In this document: piece after piece, positions 48,438 to 61,159 of the stretch
How the letters are laid out: the number at the start of each line of letters is the position of its first letter
Position numbering within the stretch: the stretch's first letter is position 1
Notes under the pieces: generated by a model
Database searches by the model: none
Told to the model about the DNA's origin: nothing
What the model saw: the letters and a program-made list of their open reading frames with translations, nothing else
Program-made: the position numbers and the translations under genes
Origin: Camelus ferus
Lineage: Eukaryota
Reading direction: 5' to 3'
Assembly (NCBI RefSeq): GCF_009834535.1
Contig: NC_045707.1
Span: 45,758,001 to 45,822,000 of the forward strand
Length of the DNA stretch: 64,000 nt

Positions 48438-51400
48438 GTAAGTGACGGCGCTCGCGCTGCCGCTGGAAAGTTTGTGGGGAGCGCTGCTGGTCTTGGGCTT
48501 GGAGCAACTTTTCTTTCTCCTCTGGGGTGGGTAGCGGTGTTGCCTCTACCTTCCCCCAGGACTGTGGCAAGTGCGGAGCAGACTGCGTTTGATGCCGGAT
48601 TTTCTCGTGCTTTCCTGACAAGAGGGGCTGTTCGAAAATCTTGTCTTTCGCGACCTCCTTTTAAAGGAAGACCGTGTTGGGGGCTCTTTGCGCCAGGTGA
48701 AACGGGAAGTGTAAAGAGGGCGTTTTCTCTTTGCTAAAATTTGAGCGACTTTGCGTTTGCGTGTGAAAATAGTTTAGATTCCCATGTTAAGAAATCAGTT
48801 ATTCTAGGAAAGGGCAATGTTCCCGGAGTGTTGAACTCGGCGCTTATGGAGAGTCAGTTTAACCCTGGTATCGACTGGAAGCCCTTCCTCTTATTCAGTG
48901 AAGAGGTTTAGACATTGTTACTCCTGACCTGGTGGTTTTCCCCCTGTTACCTGAGGAGGAGAGGAGTACAATTGCCGATGCCAAGGTTTTTGTTCATCTG
49001 CACCCAATTTTTTAAGATTTTATTTCTATTTCTACCTGGTTAGTGTAAACAAAGCCTTAGTTTCTGTCTGCTTCCCATCCTTTCTCTTCATCGAAATGGC
49101 AAAGGCTGTATTTACCTTTGTGTGGATTTTGAACAATTCTGGACATTGTATTTCTAAACATTCTTAAAGAACATTTCTTATTTTCCAAAATAATTACTAA
49201 CGTGGTGTTAAATTAACTTTATAAAAACATAGGTTAATTTTAAAACCAGCTCTTAATAGTGTATTAAGTATTAAGTTTTTTAAATAATGTTTTTGACCAA
49301 TTTGTAAGGAAGAAACTTTCATTAGGCATTTTATAGTAAAATAGTGTAAAGCTTCCCTGCAAAGTTACTTCTAGAATTAGTGCTTAAGTATCGCATTAAA
49401 TTTTCTTAGCTTTTCTTGGCGTTTGCTTTAAATTCCTGCAACTTGAAACTGTCAAACAGCACTCTAAACGTTCTGATTTGTGTTATTTCTAAAGCCTAGA
49501 TATGCCGGAGCATTGTACTGCTAGGTGTAATCAGATTACAACTACAAGGCGAGAAGTTAGCCAATAGGAATAAGAAAGCAAGCAGTGAATATTTCCTGAG
49601 TAGTATTCTAAGTACTATCTTTCCTTTTCGATATTATGTGTATACTGGAAATTGTTATTTATAAACTTTCTTTTCGGTACCAAAGAGAGGCTTTTTTACT
49701 TACGTCAGGTGAATTATTTTCATCCTAAATTTCTATGCCTCACTTTGTTCAAATTTTTTTTATTAATGAGTAAGGTTAATGTAATTTAAATTTGAAGTTG
49801 TTGGAAATTTTAAAAACCTTCCAGCCAGTTTTAAATCTCCCCTGGAGTGTCGAACATTTAAAATTCATGCCTTTTATGTGTCAGTTTTGAATTCCAGTCT
49901 TTACAGTTTGTAATGAACAGATACAGAAGCATTTAATTTGACATTTAAATATGTAAACCTGATCTAGGACTCAGTCTGGAATTTTATGATTCTTTCATTT
50001 GAATTACTCTGGAATAATGCAAGCTATTTTTATATTTTATCAACTTTACAATTAAAGAAATCCACAGACATTTTTGTGGTGTTTAAAAGAGGGACACTTC
50101 CTGTGTTTAGCTGAGTTAGTTGGTTTTTTGCATGTCTTGCTGAGACATTTACTACTTTTTTGTTTGCCCATCTGTTACAATTTATTATAATTTTTTCTCA
50201 TGTCTAAATGGAGACTGAAAAAGAACTAGGGTTTTATTTCCATCTCATTCTTATAAAATTATGTGTTCATCATTCCTACAAACTGTTTATGATGCTCTTT
50301 GGAACAATATTCAAATTCATTAACACTTCAGGAAAGTTGTTTTCAACTGGGGGAGGGCATATTTGTTTCCACTGAATCTAATCTGTGTATTTGGGTTGGT
50401 CGGCTTAATTTAAGGAGATAAGAAAAATGTTGTAGAACATCTAAGTTATATTATCTTGAAGAAGAGCATCTGTGAACAAGTAGGCCCACAGTAGAGATTT
50501 TAGAATTATTCTAATCAGTATATGAAGAAGGAGAACTGGTACATATTTCATATCTTTTTGAACATGTACAGGTCTCATTAATGCCTGTGCTTTGCTTTTT
50601 GGCTGGTCCAATAACTAAGAAAGTGTGCACGTGGACCACGGCCATCTGTGTATAACAGATGACGAGTATGTTTGTAATTGTTAGTAAAATGGTACTAGTG
50701 CATTACTTTCTTACCTTATTTTTCCCTGGAGCCAAACAGCTGTGTAAATAAAAGATTTGCTGCTGTGCTCTGAAAAGCTTCAGGTCTGACTGTTGATACA
50801 GTATTAAGATCCAAAGGTGCTGGATTCATTTCCAAACATTGTGCACTTATTTCAAGAGTTTGACATTGGAACAGACCATAATATAATGACTTTCAAAATA
50901 GAGCCACTAAAGAAGAAGAATGAAGGATTTCAAATATTGTTTACTAGTGACTTAGTTGAACACTTGTTCCTAATAATAATTAAGAGCTTATTCAGTAATC
51001 CTATTGAAGTTGATTCCTGCTAACTTTTTAAAATATCATCCTACATTAAAATGGATATTGATTTTTTTTTAAAAGAAATACCTTGTTATGAGACATATTA
51101 GAGAGTATGTGTATGTGGCAGCTCTGACTATTCCCAGGTCCCCATTTTCAGATTTGGGGATACAGTGAGGAGAAAAAGTGTCTGCCTTTCTGGAGCTTGC
51201 CTTCTGGTGGTAAAGACAGAAGGAGGTACACACAGCGCAAAGGGGCTAGAGAATCTAAGGGTTCTCCTGAAGCAAATAGTCTCAGAAGTTACCATCTCAG
51301 AATCATCTAGGCTTTAGAGATCTTCTCCACTCCCTCATTTACAAGTAAGGAAACTGAGGCAGCCAGTTCTGCACACTGGCATGCAATTATGCTAGCCAGC

Positions 51401-53636
51401 CCTCCAGGTTATGTTAATCGGCTTCCTCCAATACACAGTTAACTAGCAGGGTAAGCCAAAGTTTGCAATTACTTATTTAATTCAGTGAGTATGTATTGAG
51501 ACAGTCAGGTACATAATGCTGTGCTCTAATTGTTGGTAATCAACCATAGCTCATATGTAGCTAATTGTATTTCTAGGACACTAAGAACAGAAATTTATGA
51601 TTCTTGGAAGCAGACTTGTATACAAAAACACATCTCAAGAAAAGAGTAAAACTGACAACAAAGATTAAAAACCAATTGAATTAAAATAGCAAAAATTGGT
51701 TAAATGACCCTGAAACTTCTGAAAAGGTAGTAAGATTCAGAAAGTAAAAGATTAATTTAATGAGATTTGGTGGGGGGTGAGGGGATTGGGGTTTTTTTCT
51801 TTTTTTTAGTTACGGTTAAATACACCTAACATAAATTTACTATCTATACTATTTTTAAGTGTACAGTTCAGCAGTGTTAAGTAGATTCACATTGCTTTGT
51901 AGCCAATCTACAGAACTCTTTCCATATTTCAAAATGGATTTTCTTTTTTAGTCCTTCAAAATGCCCAGAGGAAGCATGTTTTCATAAATGGTTACAGAAA
52001 TGAAATCATCATGACCATGATGGTCTGTCAGTTTTTGTTTTCTTGGGTAAGAGGGGAGGCTGGGAAGAGGCCTAGGGTATTCATACTTTCTCTTAAGATT
52101 TTACTTAATAGATCAAGAGTTTAATTTAATGGACCATTACACCAGGCTTTATCATTAGGCTTTGAATGGTTTTATAATTTTTTCTACCTAAAAAAACAAA
52201 CAAAATAATAACATGCTTGTTGAATACTTAACTGAAGTTGTGTAGCTTTGGGAATTTGTATTAAGTTATTTTGGAAATATTTCATGTCTTTTTAAATTTA
52301 TCGTAACGTTATACAGAGGAATCGAGTGAGAAGGCATCTTATCAGGTGATCTGGGTTGAACACATGGTATAAGGGGTCTGGGAAATTCTTCCTTCCTTGG
52401 TGGAAGGAAGTAGAGCACCCTACTCTTGTTTTTTTTTTTTTTTTTTTCTACTCATGTCCTTGTAATATCTTCCCGAGTGTGAGTGTTGTGACTAATTTCC
52501 TTTGTTGAAAAGAAAATCATAACCAAATGAAGAATCAAAGCCTCTGTGTGTTCAAGTACTTAAACAATGTGCAACAGATATTTTGAAAGGTTGTTGTCTA
52601 TTTTTTTCAGTAAATTAAGTTTTTATTAAGGATCCTGTTGGAGAAGCAAACAAGTATAAGAAGTATAAGATAAAATATAATTTATCTCAAGTCTTGGAAA
52701 ATATGACTGGGTGAGAAGTGATAGCATAGGTGGAAAAACATAAAAGAACTTTACAAAAGCATGGATGTTCAGACCGTGTATGAGTTCGTTTTATAGGTCT
52801 TTTGTGTGAAGCTTTCATTCAGGTTGCTTTAGGTTAGGAGCAGGTCTATACAAGTCTAGCACAGTATAATAGGTGCTCATTAAGTACTTTTTATAGAATG
52901 TCGAGGAAGAGTTGCTGTAATAAAAATTATGGCCACCTTTTAAATGCAGTAGAACAGTGGTTATTAATGAATGGTACATGGCGTAATCATGTGGGGTAGA
53001 GCCTAGGCATGTGACTTTAAAAATAAAGGTCACTGAAAGGTTATAATGAAAATTCCCAATTGACAACCCTGCACAGAAAAAATACTGTTTTCATTATGAG
53101 CCTCAAATAATACAGAATCATTACTTCTCAGTTTTTAAGTTTGGAAAATTTTGGACTACTGTATTCCTTTTTAAGACATTTATACAACTCAACCATATGT
53201 CACTGAGTTAGAAGAATACAGCTTTTTCACATCAGACATTTAAAGAGTTGCATCCTACATAAACTATAGGCAAATTCAACTCCTTGCACTCAGCAAATTA
53301 ACTGAAGTACTTTCTCCTACTATACAGACCTCAAGCAGAAGTCTACTATTTCATTTAGTGTTGACTGAAGATATGGTAATCTCTTCCAGAGTTAGAAGAA
53401 AAATGGTATTGGACTTACTAAGCAATGTACAGTATACCCAAAACTATGTATCCTGGCATTGAAGGGAAATTTAAGGAATTGTCAAGAGTAATAATTGACT
53501 CTGTATAATGTAACAATCTGTCTAGTAAAATGCACGTTCATCACATTGTCAAAAGTAAAAATGTTATCAAATTTAATCATTTATCATCTTGTGCTTTGAT
53601 TTTTTTTTGTCATCAATGTTTTTTTTTCCTTTCTAG

Positions 53637-56049
53637 AAATTAAGAAGCCACCAGTGGCCCCCAAACCAAAGTTTATGGTGGCAAATAATAAGCCAGCTCC
53701 ACCTCCTGTGGCACCTAAACCTGATATTGTGATTTCCAGTGTTCCACAGTCAGCAAAGAAAACCAAACCGGCAATAGCTCCGAAACCAAAAGTTGTGAAG
53801 GCCTCACCTGTTCAAGACACCAGGCAGTCACCCTCAAGGAAAATCATCCTGAACCTGGAAGAGCATAAGCCGGAATCACCTGACAGCTCTGACAACTCTA
53901 ACTGCAAAAACGTAGGGCATCAGAGCAGTGATTGTATTTTACCAGTGTGTTCCCGCCGTTCTGAGTGTAACCATAAGCTTGGGAACAGAGAGAATTTGTA
54001 TGTCAAGCAGCTTGTCCTAGGGCCCCTGGAAATACATGAAAATTTAGAAAATAATAAAATTGGCGAGTCCTCTTCAGCTGTAAAAATTCAGAGTAAATGT
54101 GATTCTAATGGTGAAAAGGTCAAGAACCAGAGTGAAGTAGTTTTAAAGGCAAGTATCCTGGAAGAGAAGCTCAAAGATGTTTTAACACAACAAACATCAC
54201 CTTCTATTTTCCCACAGAAACATAGATCAACAGACAACCCAGAAAGGAATGAAGACTGTAATTCCAAAAGACAATTCAGAATTGAATTTGCAGACTTGTC
54301 ACCCTCCCTGTCCAGCTTTGGAAAAGTTCCTGATCATCACCATTGCCACCTACAGTTTCCTAGTGATGAATTTCAAAGTTTTGAAACTAGTCGGGATGAC
54401 AGTGAAAAATGCCATACTTGCTTTCATTCATCGGAACAAGAAGCTCTAGACAGTGGTAAAAGAAGTGCTTTTTTATCTTCAGATGGAGATAGTAAGAAAT
54501 CAGCAGTCAAAGACTTTGGTCCCTTAGAAATTCACTTAGTGCCATATACTGCCAAATTTCCAACTCCCAAGCCCAGAAAGACACGAGCTGCACGTCTGTT
54601 GCGCCAGAGGCATATAGATACTCCTAGTGAGACTACCGAAGAACCGGAGAATGGAGACAGTAGCTCTTGTCTTTTCGAAGATAGTTTGAAAAATAATGAA
54701 ATTAGTGTTTGTCATCAGAATATCTTATGTAACCAGGAACAGACAGACAAAGTGAGGCCAGGAAATGAAAGTGAATTGAATGTGGACTCCATCGGGGACA
54801 GACACAACTTAGTCAATTCACAGAAAGCCTTGTGTCCTGAAACATCTTCCTTTGAAAAAATGGCACCTCCTTTAGAGACAGACTGTGATTTGAGTTCTGA
54901 CAAGACAGTAGATGGTTCTCGTATGTCACTTGCTGTGGACGAAGGAAACAGTTTCATAAGATGCAGCACTCTATCTATGAGCTTGCCTAAGCAGCTCAAA
55001 TTAACTTGCAGTGAACATATGCCTACTGCCTGTAACCAGGGAGTGTCTGCCCCTCAAATGCAAAAGGAGTCTATGATAAAAGGCGAAAGTTCCTCAAAAA
55101 CTGTCCCCAAAAAACCTCAGAGACACAGTTTGCCTGCTGCAGGAGTGCTTAAGAAGGCTGCCTCAGAGGAGCTTGTGGAGAAAAGTTCTTATCTCTCAAA
55201 TGAAGAAAAACATTCAGAGAAGGGTCTAGAAAGAAATCACCTTCAACATTTATGTGCCCCAAACCATGGTGTATCACCGTCTTTTGATATGCCTAAACGG
55301 ACTTCAGAGAAGCCAGTGTGGAAGTTACCTCATCCCATTATACCCTTCTCAGGGAACCCAGAGTCCTTAAAGTCTGTCAGCATATCCTCAAACAGTGAGC
55401 CTTCCACTGCCCTCACCAAGCCTAGAGCAAAATCGTTATCTGCTGTGGATATGGAAAGGTGCACGAAGCCTTGCAAAGACTCTCAAAAGAAAAGCTCTTT
55501 AAAGAAGTTGCTCAACATGAAGCTGTCCATCTGTTTCATGAAGAGTGACTTCCAGAAATTTTGGTCCAAGAGTAGCCAACTCGGAGACACAACCTCAGGC
55601 AACCTCTTGGGTGGGGAGCGAAAAGGGAGTGAAAGTGATTGGCATGGCTTGTTGGTAGGAGAAGAGAAGAGAAATAAACCCATCAAGGCATACTCCGCAG
55701 ACAACTATAGCCTGGAATCCCAAAAGAAGAGGAAAAAGTCTCGGGGCCAGACCAGTGCAGCTAATGGACCAAGAGCTGAGTCTTTGGATGACCAGATGCT
55801 CTCCAGAGAGTCATCATCTCAAGCCCCTTGCAAATCTGTTACAAGTGGCTGTGTACCTGAATATGAAAATATACGCCATTATGAGGAAATACCAGAGTAT
55901 GAAAACTTGCCATTTATTATGGCTGTAGGGAAAACGTCAGAGAATTCCAGCAGCGTGGAGGACACTGATGCAAATGTGTATGAAGTAGAAGAGCCATATG
56001 AAGCTCCAGATAGCCAGCTGCAACTTGGACCCAGGCATCAACATTCCAG
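53637..56049 (+). CDS. FGD6: FGD6 (FYVE, RhoGEF and PH domain-containing 6) exon 2; long low-complexity N-terminal region; DH/PH/FYVE exons lie off-window
   Basis: Long T-rich tract and ttctag| acceptor, CAG|gtaaca donor; 2413 nt open frame (ORF 53654..56053) with PPVAPKPK repeats, KFPTPKPRK, KKPQRHSLP and YENIRHYEEIPEYENLPF typical of FGD6. Confidence 0.97.
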
Positions 56050-57089
56050 GTAACACTTAGACATCAGACAGACACTGCACTTTTGCTTGCATCGCTGAAA
56101 TTAACCTTCAGCAACCCTGTGAGATAGGTTAAAATCTCACATGTGAGGAAAAATCACTTGGTGAGAGAGTGGTTTAGTTAAGCATGTATTGAATCATTCC
56201 AAAGTGCAGTCTCTTGGAATGAGTATTCACAATCCCTTTACGTAATTGACTTATTTTGGTAGCTGATTCAAAGAACTTGAACCAGTAGTAGTAGTACTAC
56301 AAGAAAGACCTAGAACAGATAGCTCATTGCCTCCAAGGCACCAACTTGGAAGTCACAGCGAGAACCTAGGGGAGGAAATTGACCAATCCAAGGAGGTTTA
56401 CTTGCTAAGTCTAAGAAATTTGAGAAGTTATTGAAATCTATGTGTTTACCTATGGTGCCCTTGTTAGTTAAAACCCCTAAATTTGCAGAATTCACTACTC
56501 TTTGAGGATTACTTATTTTACTTGTTGAAAGCTAATTACTAACTTCAGATGGACATAGAAAAAATGCAGGAAAAGCATAACTACTGTGCTTTGTCACTTT
56601 TGTGTATGTACTTCCTACCTCTGGTATACATACCTACTTCATCTGTCTTATTGAAACTTTATACATCTTTGATGGTCCAGCTCAGCAATCCTTGACTTCA
56701 TGAAGCTTCTACAGTTACTTAGTGGGGAATGTTTACTTCCTATTCTGACCTCCCAGTTAAGCTGTGGTATCCTTACAGCTTTTATCTTAGCCTGTCTTAT
56801 GGTAGGATTGTTTATTGGTATGTCTAATTGGTATTCAGTTCATAAGCTTCATGAAGAGTTCTAGTCGTGTCTTTTTGTCCTGCATGAGACCAAGCAAGGA
56901 GCTTAGTAGGGATCAGTAGACATTGGTTAGGCATAGGAGAGTGAATGAAAGAGGCAAAGGAAGCAACCACTGCAGCAGCTTCCTTCTCTCTCCCTAGTCA
57001 CAAAGGGAGTTTTGGCATATTGTATTTAATGTGCTTGTGCTTTATGTTTAACCCACAAAGCACACAGACTCTTCTTGAAGTCTTTCTAT

Positions 57090-57408
57090 ATATATATTTT
57101 ATTGAAGTACAGTCAGTTACTATGTGTCAATTTCTGGTGTACAGCACAATGTCCCAGTCATGCATATATGTACATATATTTGTTTTAAAAATGTCATATT
57201 CTTCTTCATTAAAGGTTATTACAAGATAATGAATATAGTTCCCTGTGCTATACAGAAGAAACTTTTTAAAAAATCTATTTTTATATAGAGTGGCTAACAT
57301 TTGCAAATCTCAAACTCCCAAATTTATCCCTTCCCACCCCCTTTCCCCAGGTAACCATAAGATTGTTTACTATGCAAATCTGTTTCTGTTTTGTAGATGA
57401 GTTCATTA
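57090..57408 (-). mobile_element. Younger L1 3' end (5'-truncated, artiodactyl/camelid type)
   Basis: ttttattgaagtacagtcagttac...ggttattacaagataatgaatatagttccctgtgctataca...ggtaaccataag; gaagtct on both flanks. Confidence 0.75.
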
Positions 57409-59413
57409 GAAGTCTATGTCTTAAGTCACTAATTTCAAGTCATTAAGTAGTCAGGTCTTAAAATGGGACTTTTGTAGAAATATTAACATATGCAGCACAT
57501 AGTAGAGGCTTCCTCCGAAAAAAGACTATTGGGTGAATTGAATAAATAAAATTGTTAAGCAAAATCTTAGTCATCGCACCAAGTAAAATAAATTGTTCTA
57601 TGTTCTTTTAACTTTCATATGCTTTCCTAGCACTTTTTTTTACTTGTAATCCTCTCTGCCCTTTCTCCTTTAACCAGTAAAAGAATTGCTTCTCTGGCCT
57701 AACTTTTCTCATAGTCAGCTCCATTCTGTTTACAACTGTCTACTCTCTGAACCTTAGTACCTAGGCAAAAGCCTCTTCCTTCGCATAAATGTTGTAATGG
57801 AAAATGGAGTTAAGTATCCAACTTTTTCTTTTTAAGTCTATTTTCACACCTGTTCTTTTCTCCATAAAACAGTTTTGTTGGTACTGTTCTTTTAAGAAGC
57901 TTTTGTGTATTGTGTGTATGTGTGTGTGTGAAAGAGGAACGAATTTGGCTTCTTGGTGACATACTACCATCCTTAGCTAAAATGAAGTTTTTCCATAAAA
58001 TTGGAGGTTTGGCCCTGGATATAAATTTCCTGTTGGCCCTCAGGCTTAATCCTGAGGATTTGTCATTATCTCTGACACCAGCTTTCAACTTCTGAAACTT
58101 GTCCTTTATCTGGTATGCTTCTTATGCCTTTAGGGCACTGCTGATGGGGTGGAGGGAACCAGGATGGAAGGAGTTAATGCACACAGCAGCCAATGCAGCT
58201 GGATGGCATTCATAAGGAGAGTTCTTTCTCAAGGCCGCAGGAAACCAAGGGCGGCTTTGGACAGGTTGAGGCTGTCAAGTAGGGCAGCCTGGAGAAGAGT
58301 GGGTGAGCTCTTGCTTTAGAATTTAGCTTTCCATGGAGATTTTTGTTTAGGCCTGGAGCTTGGAGCCCTAAACAGGCCCGAGATGCCTAAATGTGCTGCT
58401 GAATCAAAAGCCTTCAGTCGTAGGGCCAGACTGACAGTTTTGCTTGGGAGGTTGTACCTTTTGTAAACAACATCGAGTAGAAAGAGAAAGCAAAATTCAA
58501 GCCTTCATGAGAAGGACACCTGGCCACCCCAAAATAAGGTAAATGAGAAGTGGGACATCCGTTTCAGGTCAGCTGAGTGGGTCTAAGTGAAAATCCTGTT
58601 TGGTAATCTGGCTGTTGAAAATATAGGCCTGTGCCTTAGAGTAATTAACTCAAAATCAAAATGACAAGAAAAAAACACAAATGGACTCATTTTTCTGGGT
58701 TGAAATCCAGAAAAACAGGATTTTTCTGTTGGAGCAAATCAAGAGTGCCTTTAATAGTTTCTTAGGCCTCAGGGAAGATTCTGGGTCTTACGTGGGGGAC
58801 TGGTTCACAGGTACACACTAGTTTTATGGAGTCTACATGTGTAACCAACCAGATTCTGGATTAGTAAACAGACATTTGTCAAGCTTTGGGGCAGCGTATA
58901 GTCACTTCTTTAAAGTACAGATGTTTCATGAATCCAACAACTTAACATTTACAAATTTATAGCAACGTGTTTATAACTTACTAGGACATAATTGTAGGCA
59001 GTCTCTGATTCCAAAAAGGATTGTGTTCTAAAACTTCATGATAATTTGGAACTCAGAGTGTATATCCCAAAGAAACACTTTTGGAAATAGTGTTAAAGTT
59101 CCCAGTTTGGCCCCCAATTCTGGTAACCAGTCCTGTACTAGCCTCCCTTCCCCCTTCCCAGGTAAATTCTTCCCCTCAGTGCTTTGTGCTGATACAGGAC
59201 ACTTGGCGGCCAGGGTGCAGGGTGGAGTTGAGCACCACGGTATCAGTGGAGCAAATCCGCAGGGTCTGAGGCAGCAGGGTTTGTGGAAAGGGTGAGGTGA
59301 CTAAGGAAGAATGAGGAAACTGGGGGCTGGTCTGAGAATTACTGTAAGGCACTGAGAGTGGTAAGGAGAAGGGGAGGGCTATGTGGTTGGGAATTAATAT
59401 GCAATGGATTTTT

Positions 59414-59510
59414 CCCCTCCTTTTCTCCTTTATTATTCCTGCCCCTCCCTTTCTCCTTTATTATTCCTGCCCCTCCCTTTCTCCTTTATTATTCCTGTCC
59501 CTCCCTCTCT
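59414..59510. repeat. 28-bp tandem repeat, about 3.4 copies (CCCCTCCCTTTCTCCTTTATTATTCCTG)
   Basis: Units start at 59414, 59442, 59470 and 59498 (partial); near identical. Confidence 0.93.
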
Positions 59511-61133
59511 GCCCTCCCCAGGTTCCTTTGTGTGATTCTGTTAATTGACTTGGTGACCTCAGGCTAGGGTGAGTGAAAGAAACTGGGAGGCGAGGGGGCT
59601 GGATGGGTAAGGAGTGGTACTAAGAAGGCGGAACAGCCACATCTCCAAGTGAAGGAGGATGAAGCCATAGAAATGGTAGCTTTAGGTATCCCCAGATAGG
59701 TCATCATTGGGTCACTGCTCTAGGTTCTCAGAAGCAATTTTATTGGAAATAAGGCTGTGAGCCACTCTGTAGTATTCTGGTGAGTTTTGGGTACAGTTAC
59801 CCTCTTCCCCAAAATGTTTCAGACATAATAAATCTAAAACAACTTTCAGGCTGTGGGCCTTTCTCTCTCACTGGCATGTCAGTGATGAGTGTTCATTTAT
59901 TCCTATTATTTAAGCAGTTTGATTTCCATGAGGAAGTTTCTAAAGTTTGGGCCCTTGATATTAAAGAGTTATGGACAAATCACAAAATTGTAATACCCAA
60001 GTTTTGAAATTTTCCTCTTAAAATTGTAGATTTCTTGATTCTATAACCAAGAAAAATTTTCCCTGGAAACATTCCAGGCTTTTCCTCTGTTGTTTTAGTT
60101 TGTTCTTATAAGCACTTCAAAGAAGATGTATGGTAATTGGGTTTTCCTGGGTAACCTGGCAAGCCCTCTGGTTTATTTACGGCCCAATACTGACCATGTG
60201 TCAAGCACTGTGCATTCAAAGCTGGAGCGGGGCGCTACTCCCTACAAGTTTCTGCCTAGTGAGATGTCCCAGTTACAGGACAACATGGTTTTAATAGTTC
60301 AAGCTTTGTCTGGGTTATACCCCAAGCAGGATATTAAAGATGACTTTACAGAGATGGTGACACAAGGCTTATAAAGTGGACATGATTGGATTGTCATTTA
60401 GGAGATCATTTTCTAACTTTGATAAGAGCAATTTCATTGTTTGTTTTCTCCCTATTTTAAACACAAAACTGGGCTTAAAGAGCTGCCAAATGGCATTACA
60501 GGTCCTCTCAAATCCCATTATGGTATTTGTGTTATAAATCTTCAGACCCAGTTGAGAAGATATCTCTCTTGGGTTACATTTACCATCTGGTGGTTTTATT
60601 GGATTTTAATTGAATGATGCAAGTATAAATTAATAGCCCTAATGAGCATTTCATGGTTGTCATAGCACCAGTAAGATTAGGTGCAGTTAGAGGCTGGGGG
60701 TTGGGACTCATATATCTCAACAGCAGCCCTTTCCTGTGAGTTATTTTCAGAATCAGCTCAGGAAATGTCAAAAATTTGTATGGCTCTTTAACTCTCTGTT
60801 TCTTGTGTTGAAATCATAGCCACAGAGTTTTGGCAAATCTGTTTGTTTATATACTTATCCTACATTTGAAACTACAGCTAGAAACATTGGATTTTATTTC
60901 TTGGCAAAAAAGCTTTTCTTTTTCCTTTTAAATATGTATTAGGAATTAGTTACATTGAAATATTTTGTCAACTGTATTACTTGGGTCTCATTCCCACCAA
61001 AACAAATAAGAGATATTATATCAAATATACACGTTTTCATGTGGTAGAATGTTGCTTTATACTTTCAGAGGGTGTAGTTTTTAGTCAGAGATGGAAGAAC
61101 AGATGTTCTACATTGTGATTGTGTATACATGCG

Positions 61134-61159
61134 CACACACACACACACACACACACACA
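61134..61159. repeat. (CA)13 microsatellite
   Basis: Read directly from the sequence. Confidence 0.92.

Larger units (their letters stand above)
47330..48860. promoter_or_regulatory. CpG island / bidirectional VEZT-FGD6 promoter
   Basis: Abrupt GC- and CpG-rich stretch in AT-rich surroundings, containing both divergent first coding exons; boundaries approximate. Confidence 0.92.

Noticed and set aside
47197..48737. Many overlapping 64-140 aa ORFs, including 48032..48445 in frame with the FGD6 ATG
   Set aside because: Expected stop-codon scarcity in a CpG island; 48032 starts at TTG and runs through T24, likely upstream of the TSS.
54249..55704. Alternative-frame and antisense ORFs within FGD6 exon 2
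   Set aside because: Short shadows of the coding frame with no independent support.
59414..59510. CRISPR-like 28-bp repeats
   Set aside because: Head-to-tail with no spacers, in mammalian intron DNA.
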